This document shows, piece after piece, positions 56,440-64,000 of a stretch of DNA of 64,000 nucleotides. Position numbers and translations under genes: made by a program. The number at the start of each line of letters is the position of its first letter. Within the stretch, counting starts at the first letter, position 1. Below the pieces are notes generated by a model. The model searched no databases. It was given only the letters and a program-made list of their open reading frames with translations, and had not been told where the DNA came from. The DNA is from Bacteroidales bacterium (GTDB taxonomy: Bacteria > Bacteroidota > Bacteroidia > Bacteroidales > Paludibacteraceae). The stretch covers positions 10,163-74,162 of the forward strand of contig JAAYPI010000009.1 of the NCBI GenBank assembly GCA_012519885.1, given 5' to 3'.

Positions 56440-57432
56440 TTAAGCAAGCATGTTGCGTAAACTTATTTCGATATCCGTTTTCGGTATCGATGTGCCTATA
56501 AATACAAGTTTTGAGCTTGTGTTTTTTTCGGTATCATCTGGCAATGATTCAAATGTAACAATATCCCCCACCACCTGTAGTATAAACTTTCCAGGTAAGT
56601 TTGCAAAACACAAAATCCCTTTTATTCTAAAAATAGTTTGTTGGTTGAGTGTAACAAACATCCGAATCCAACTACTAAATGTATCCACGTCAAAGGCTGT
56701 TTCGTATTCAAATGCTACCGATTCTATAGTATGAGAGAGCGTAGTAGGTTGTGTAATGAGTTGGCTGTCGTTTTTATGCTCAGTATGGTTTGGTGTATAT
56801 GAAAATATAGATGAAGCTATCTGTTGTTCTCTGTAAGAATAGGCTTGAAGTATTTTTCTTGTATCGATAGAGTTATATGAATTTGGGAAGATGGTTGCCA
56901 TTGGATTTTTTGTATGCAAAATCTTTGTCAACGAATTAAGTTCTTCTTGTGTAATTAAATCAGTTTTATTGATGATGAGGGTGTCCGACATGGCTATTTG
57001 TCGATGAATTTCATGAAAATTGTTGCTTTTATTCTTATAGTTGTTTGCATCAATTAAACATACTACTGCGTTTAATTCAAACAAAAATGGAAATTTGTCT
57101 CCTTCTAAAAAAGGTCTTATTACCGTTGCAGGATTGGCTATGCCTGTTGTTTCGATGAGTAGGTGGTTAAACGGATACGGACTAGAAAGCAATCGATCAA
57201 TAACGGTAGAAAATTCTGATTGTAACGAACAACAGATGCATCCGTTGCTCAATTCAAAGATATTCTCTTTGGCAGTAGCTAATAAACCTCCATCCACGGA
57301 TAGTTCGCCAAATTCGTTTTCGATAATTGCAAATTTGGTAAACGGGTGTTGTTTGATAAGCATGTTTAGCAAACTTGTTTTGCCAGCTCCCAAAAATCCA
57401 GTAACAATGGTAACAGGTATTTTTTCTTTCAT
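56440..57432 (-). CDS. COG0523 / CobW-family G3E GTPase (putative metal chaperone)
   Basis: P-loop VTGFLGAGKTSLLN, metal motif GCICCS, and a C-terminal CobW_C-like domain. ATG 57432 gives MKEKIPVTIV. The track extension to 57507 is unlikely. Confidence 0.8.
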   Translation of the reverse strand: MKEKIPVTIVTGFLGAGKTSLLNMLIKQHPFTKFAIIENEFGELSVDGGLLATAKENIFELSNGCICCSLQSEFSTVIDRLLSSPYPFNHLLIETTGIANPATVIRPFLEGDKFPFLFELNAVVCLIDANNYKNKSNNFHEIHRQIAMSDTLIINKTDLITQEELNSLTKILHTKNPMATIFPNSYNSIDTRKILQAYSYREQQIASSIFSYTPNHTEHKNDSQLITQPTTLSHTIESVAFEYETAFDVDTFSSWIRMFVTLNQQTIFRIKGILCFANLPGKFILQVVGDIVTFESLPDDTEKNTSSKLVFIGTSIPKTDIEISLRNMLA

Positions 57433-57536
57433 ACGTATAAATAAGCATGCGAAAATACATATTTTTGCTTGATATACCATACTTGTGGTATGTAAAATCC
57501 CACACAAAAGCTATTGTGTATGCATTTATTACCAGT

Positions 57537-57544
57537 TATCTTTG
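57537..57544 (+). promoter_or_regulatory. -7 box TATCTTTG for cysK
   Basis: It lies inside the track's N-terminal extension, 31 nt upstream of ATG 57575. Confidence 0.5.
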
Positions 57545-57574
57545 CATCAGTTAAACATTAAAAAAATACATGGT

Positions 57575-59942
<2,368 letters not shown>

Positions 59943-59964
59943 GCTATCATTTTGCGTTATAATG

Positions 59965-59996
59965 AAGGCTGTCTTGAGAAAAGACAGCTTTTGTTA
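59965..59996 (+). terminator. Terminator after metY
   Basis: GGCTGTCTT pairs with AAGACAGCT around loop GAGAA, followed by TTTTGTTATTTT. Confidence 0.75.
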
Positions 59997-60120
59997 TTTT
60001 TAAAAGTAGAGGGCTGTGCATTCTTGTAAATACATACATACATGCTACTACTTTACTGTTAAGTATTTGTAAAATACAATTATATTTTATTCAATAGTTG
60101 TCAACTTGTTTAGGAAATTG

Positions 60121-60128
60121 TATCTTTG
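60121..60128 (+). promoter_or_regulatory. -7 box TATCTTTG for the FKBP cluster
   Basis: TAnnTTTG 40 nt upstream of ATG 60168. Confidence 0.5.
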
Positions 60129-60167
60129 CAGAGTTTTTATTAAAAAAATAGCAATCAGAAAAGAAGT

Positions 60168-60755
60168 ATGGAAAAAGTAAGTTATGCCTTGGGTTTGAGT
60201 ATAGGTAACAACCTAATAGGTAGTGGTATTACGGGAGTGAACCTAGATAAATTTGTACAAGGTGTACAAGATGTATTAGAGCAAAAAACAGCTGAAATAT
60301 CGTATGATGAAGCTAAAATTGTGCTTGATGAGTATTTTCAAGATTTAGCAAATAAAATGCAGGCATTAAATAAGCAAATTGGTGCTGAATTTTTAGCACA
60401 AAATAAACAAAAAGAAGGTGTAATAGAACTTGCAAGTGGATTACAATACCAAGTGTTAACAGCAGGTACAGGAGCAAAACCATCGGCTACCGATCAAGTT
60501 CAATGTCATTATCATGGCACTATGCTTGATGGTCAGGTGTTTGATAGCTCTGTGCAACGTGGCGAACCTGCAGTATTTGGGGTGAATCAAGTAATTGCTG
60601 GATGGGTAGAAGCTTTGCAATTAATGCAAGAAGGTGCTAAATGGCGTTTGTTTATCCCATATCAATTGGCTTATGGAGAAAGAGGTGCTGGTCAATCTAT
60701 TCCTCCTTTTGCAACGTTGATTTTTGATGTTGAACTTTTAAAAGTAATAAAATAA
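60168..60755 (+). CDS. FKBP-type peptidyl-prolyl isomerase (no signal peptide)
   Basis: N-terminal FKBP_N helix and C-terminal FKBP core (GLQYQVL..G.G..P...V.CHYHGTMLDGQVFDSS...GWVEALQLM). Confidence 0.88.
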   Translation: MEKVSYALGLSIGNNLIGSGITGVNLDKFVQGVQDVLEQKTAEISYDEAKIVLDEYFQDLANKMQALNKQIGAEFLAQNKQKEGVIELASGLQYQVLTAGTGAKPSATDQVQCHYHGTMLDGQVFDSSVQRGEPAVFGVNQVIAGWVEALQLMQEGAKWRLFIPYQLAYGERGAGQSIPPFATLIFDVELLKVIK

Positions 60756-61465
60756 TGAAATACATTGTAGTAGCATTGTCCGTTTTAGTCTTATCTTCGT
60801 GTGCTATTTTTGCACCAAAGAATAAAACAAAAGTAGAGCAAAAACCTGCTTTAGTTCTTACAAATACTATTGATTCTGTTAGTTATGCTGTCGGGGTGAA
60901 TGTAGGGACAGCTTTTAAGCAACAAATGTTGCAGTTTCCTGGAGGAGATTATGATGTAACTATTTTGGCTGAAGCATTTTCTGTAGCATTAAAAGGCGAT
61001 ACAACGTTATTGTCATACGATCAGGCAAATGCATTTTTAGATGCCTATTTATCAAAAATACAAGAAGCAGAAACACAAAAGTCGAAAAGTGAAGGAGAAA
61101 CGTTCTTAGAAGAAAATAAAAAAAGAGAAGGAGTTGTAACCTTGCCAAGTGGATTACAGTATCAAATTGTAAAACAAGGTGATGGTCCAAAACCTAAAGA
61201 AACAGATAAAGTAAAAGTACATTACGAAGGATTTTTATTGAATGGTAAAAAATTCGATAGCTCATTGGATAGGGGAGAACCAATCAGTTTCCCTTTAAAT
61301 CAAGTAATACAAGGTTGGACAGAAGGTTTGCAATTAATGCCTGTTGGATCTAAATATACCTTGTATATTCCTTATCAATTAGCATATGGAGAACAAGGAG
61401 CAGGGCAATTTATTCCACCTTTTGCAACCTTAATATTTGAAGTAGAATTATTAGGAATAGAATAA
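60755..61465 (+). CDS. FKBP-type peptidyl-prolyl isomerase, lipoprotein
   Basis: Lipobox VLSSCA with the same FKBP core. Its start overlaps the upstream stop (TAATG). Confidence 0.88.
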   Translation: MKYIVVALSVLVLSSCAIFAPKNKTKVEQKPALVLTNTIDSVSYAVGVNVGTAFKQQMLQFPGGDYDVTILAEAFSVALKGDTTLLSYDQANAFLDAYLSKIQEAETQKSKSEGETFLEENKKREGVVTLPSGLQYQIVKQGDGPKPKETDKVKVHYEGFLLNGKKFDSSLDRGEPISFPLNQVIQGWTEGLQLMPVGSKYTLYIPYQLAYGEQGAGQFIPPFATLIFEVELLGIE

Positions 61466-61493
61466 TTAATTATAAATAATAGAAAAAAATTGT

Positions 61494-62369
61494 ATGAAAA
61501 GAACACATGTTTTAGCAATGCTATCAGTATTGTTGTTGGCTATTTTTTCAGTTTCCTGTACGAATGAAAAAACTGTAAAAATTGAAAGTGATATGGATTC
61601 ATTATCGTATGCCTTTGGTATTTCTACCACTGCTGGATTGATGGATTATTTAGGGGCACAAATGGGAGTAGATTCTACTCAGATGGAATCTTTCATTAAG
61701 GGTGTTAAAGATGCAGCAGGAGAGCAAAGTGCTGAAGAAAAAGCTTATATGGTTGGTTTGCAGATTGGTAGTCAAATTAAGGAGCAAATGATTCCTAATT
61801 TAAATAATGCTATTTTTGGTGAAGACTCTACCAAAACAATTAACAAAGATTTATTTTATAAGGGTTTCTATGAGGCAATGTCTGCAAAAGCAGGCATGAC
61901 AGTAGAAGATGCTTCGAAGTTTACCGAAACTAAAATGGAGGTAATAAAAAACAAAATGCTGGAAGAAACTTTTGGAAAAAATAAAGTAGAGGGGATAGAG
62001 TTTCTTGAGAAAAATAAGAAAGAAGAAGGAGTACAAGTTACTGAATCGGGTTTACAATATAAAGTTATTACACAAGGAACATCTAAAAGAACTCCTTTAG
62101 CAGGTGAAAAAGTAAAAGTGCACTATGAAGGAAAATTGATTAATGGCGAAGTATTTGATAGTTCCATTAAACGTGGCGAACCAGCGGAATTTCCACTAAA
62201 TCAAGTGATTCCTGGATGGACAGAGGGCTTACAATTAATGACTGTAGGATCTAAATATATTTTATATATTCCTTATGAACTGGCATACGGAGAAAAAGGT
62301 GCAGGACAGATTATTCCTCCTTTTGCTACATTGATATTTGAAGTAGAATTATTGGATATTATAAAATAA
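61494..62369 (+). CDS. FKBP-type peptidyl-prolyl isomerase, lipoprotein/periplasmic (FkpA-like)
   Basis: Signal FSVSCT, a longer FKBP_N dimerisation region, and the same FKBP core. Confidence 0.88.
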   Translation: MKRTHVLAMLSVLLLAIFSVSCTNEKTVKIESDMDSLSYAFGISTTAGLMDYLGAQMGVDSTQMESFIKGVKDAAGEQSAEEKAYMVGLQIGSQIKEQMIPNLNNAIFGEDSTKTINKDLFYKGFYEAMSAKAGMTVEDASKFTETKMEVIKNKMLEETFGKNKVEGIEFLEKNKKEEGVQVTESGLQYKVITQGTSKRTPLAGEKVKVHYEGKLINGEVFDSSIKRGEPAEFPLNQVIPGWTEGLQLMTVGSKYILYIPYELAYGEKGAGQIIPPFATLIFEVELLDIIK

Positions 62370-62373
62370 TACG

Positions 62374-62381
62374 TATTTTTG
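62374..62381 (+). promoter_or_regulatory. -7 box TATTTTTG for the second Lrp/AsnC gene
   Basis: TAnnTTTG 24 nt upstream of ATG 62405. Confidence 0.5.
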
Positions 62382-62404
62382 CTTCGTAATCTTAATACAA
62401 TCAC

Positions 62405-62860
62405 ATGGAAAAACTGGATAGCCTTGATAAAGAGATACTAAAAATTATTGGTAAAAATGCCCGTAAGCCATTTATAGAAGTAGCAGAATTGTGTGGTGTA
62501 TCGCGTGCTGCTGTACATCAACGTGTACAAAAGCTAATTGATATGAAGGTAATTGAAGGGTCTGGTTATCATGTAAATGCTCAAAAGGTTGGTTATAATA
62601 CATGTACGTATATTGGTATTAAGTTGGAGAAAGGCTCTATGTATAAAAATGTGGTGCCAGAGCTGAAGAAAATACCTGAAATTGTCGAATGTCATTTTAC
62701 TACTGGACCGTATACTATGTTAATAAAATTGTATGCGGCAGATAATATGCATTTAATGGATTTATTAAATAATAGAATTCAAGAAATAAAAGGAGTTACT
62801 GCAACTGAAACTCTTATTTCATTAGAAGAAAGCATAAAAAAAGAAGTACCAATTTATTAG
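62405..62860 (+). CDS. Lrp/AsnC-family transcriptional regulator (paralogue of 33974..34453)
   Basis: LDKEILKIIGKNARKPFIEVAELCGVSRAAVHQRVQKL. Roughly half the residues are identical to the other copy by eye. Confidence 0.9.
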   Translation: MEKLDSLDKEILKIIGKNARKPFIEVAELCGVSRAAVHQRVQKLIDMKVIEGSGYHVNAQKVGYNTCTYIGIKLEKGSMYKNVVPELKKIPEIVECHFTTGPYTMLIKLYAADNMHLMDLLNNRIQEIKGVTATETLISLEESIKKEVPIY

Positions 62861-62888
62861 GTATAAATTTATATTTCAATGTATTGTT

Positions 62889-62923
62889 AAGTAGCTATTT
62901 TGTAAAATAGCTACTTTTTTTAT
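62889..62923 (+). terminator. Terminator after the second Lrp/AsnC gene
   Basis: AAGTAGCTATTTT (62889..62901) pairs with AAAATAGCTACTT (62904..62916), followed by T7. Confidence 0.8.
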
Positions 62924-62988
62924 TTTGGCATTATTCCTTTTTTTAAGAATACATTGAAAAACATATAAGATGTATAAAGAGAATATAC

Positions 62989-63023
62989 AATGAGTGGAAA
63001 TATATTGATTGTTTCCACTCATT
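62989..63023. terminator. Second hairpin in the convergent intergenic region (possible terminator for the OmpA-family gene)
   Basis: AATGAGTGGAAA (62989..63000) pairs with TTTCCACTCATT (63012..63023). The T tract is better on the plus side than on the minus side. Confidence 0.45.
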
Positions 63024-63045
63024 ATTTTATACATATAATTTCTTT

Positions 63046-64000
63046 TTATTCTCTACATTTCCCGAAGAACCCTTCGGGGAAGTCGGATGTTTTGAGTATG
63101 TCTCCTTTTTTAAATTTGTTAGGGTCAAGCGTATGAGCAGGCTCTGGGTTATGTGTAACCTTTATTTCTGTACGTCTGTTTGCTTGGTGTTGCTCTTCGG
63201 AACAGTTTACGCCGTTTTTACATTCGTTGGTTGGTTGTGTTTCGCCATACCCTTTGGCTGTAATACGTGAGCGAGAAATTCCTTTGCTCACGATATAATC
63301 GACCGCCGATTGAGCCCTGCGTTGGGATAAACGTTCGTTGTACGTATCGGACCCACGACTGTCAGTATGCGAACCCAGTTCTACAAAAATGGGGTATTTT
63401 TTCATAATAGCCACCACACTGTCCAAAGGAGCTTGTGCATCTTTGCGTATGTTCCATTTATCGAGGTCGTACAATAGATTTTCTAACACCCATTTTTTAG
63501 GTACTTGCAACTCGAGCAAAATATCTTTTGCCGCATATTGATTTTGTTTGTAAGCAGGAGCCGGCACGTTAATGTCGATGCAATCTTCAAAATAGTTTTC
63601 TTCTAATCCCTTTAGCGTAAACTCGCCATGATTTTTTATCTCAAACGTGAAACGACCATCCTTGTCCGCTTTGTCCACGTACACAATCTGTTTTTCTTTG
63701 TCCACCAAAAATACAGTAGCCCCAGGCAATAAATCGAGTGATTTTTTCTCTTTCACTAATCCTGACACAAACATACTTTTAGGAATAGGTAAGTAGGCGT
63801 ACGAAAAAATATTATCTGCATTGGCATACCTATTAGAGGAGAAGAAGCCAGCCCTTTTAGTGGTATCCTGAGCCCACCCAAAATCATCAGCAGCAGAGTT
63901 AACAGGATATCCGAGGGATTCAATAGTACCGGTTTTATTGATAGCTTGTTGTAAGTCTATTTTAAATAAATCCAATCCCCCTAATCCAGGATGCCCGTCT
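63046..64000 (-). CDS. OmpA-family outer-membrane/peptidoglycan-associated protein, N-terminus outside the window
   Basis: C-terminal OmpA_C motif (ELGSHTDSRGSDTYNERLSQRRAQSAVDYIVSKGISRSRITAKGYGETQP). The frame stays open to the window end (..DGHPGLGGLDLFK..), and the track M at 63975 is a TTG. Confidence 0.85.
   Translation of the reverse strand, partial: DGHPGLGGLDLFKIDLQQAINKTGTIESLGYPVNSAADDFGWAQDTTKRAGFFSSNRYANADNIFSYAYLPIPKSMFVSGLVKEKKSLDLLPGATVFLVDKEKQIVYVDKADKDGRFTFEIKNHGEFTLKGLEENYFEDCIDINVPAPAYKQNQYAAKDILLELQVPKKWVLENLLYDLDKWNIRKDAQAPLDSVVAIMKKYPIFVELGSHTDSRGSDTYNERLSQRRAQSAVDYIVSKGISRSRITAKGYGETQPTNECKNGVNCSEEQHQANRRTEIKVTHNPEPAHTLDPNKFKKGDILKTSDFPEGFFGKCRE

Overview
This is a 64-kb chromosomal window from a low-GC member of Bacteroidota. 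Supporting markers are gldG, T9SS C-terminal sorting domains, a TonB-dependent receptor with DUF4625 lipoproteins, DUF1573 and DUF4954 proteins, and the TAnnTTTG -7 promoter box in front of most operons. Most of the content is housekeeping: dnaN, carboxynorspermidine dehydrogenase, htpG, guaA, proS, an ABC-F ATPase, cysK-metY, and a pheA / aminotransferase / DAHP-synthase-chorismate-mutase / tyrA operon. There are also three tandem FKBP isomerases, two Lrp/AsnC paralogues, a two-component system and one tRNA-Arg(ACG). The most interesting item is an unannotated 18-codon Phe/Tyr-rich leader ORF with mutually exclusive antiterminator and terminator helices upstream of pheA. Other accessory or unusual parts: (1) an Mrr type IV restriction gene sits between gldG and dnaN. 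(2) A 790-codon GLUG/PKD-like/T9SS adhesin gene is split by one in-frame TAG. (3) An AT-rich islet beside tRNA-Arg carries orphan genes, each preceded by a repeated remnant of a methyltransferase-like gene tail. (4) An ablA-ablB pair suggests N-epsilon-acetyl-beta-lysine synthesis. (5) A Fur-family regulator has a perfect 12-bp inverted repeat over its promoter and is followed by a TonB receptor and DUF4625 genes. (6) A seven-gene Wzx/Wzy polysaccharide locus lies between proS and the phe operon. I saw no CRISPR array, transposase, integrase or rRNA. All family calls come from motif recognition by eye, and no database search or folding program was run. Several ORF-track starts are TTG/GTG extensions, and I trimmed them to ATGs that fit the promoter boxes.
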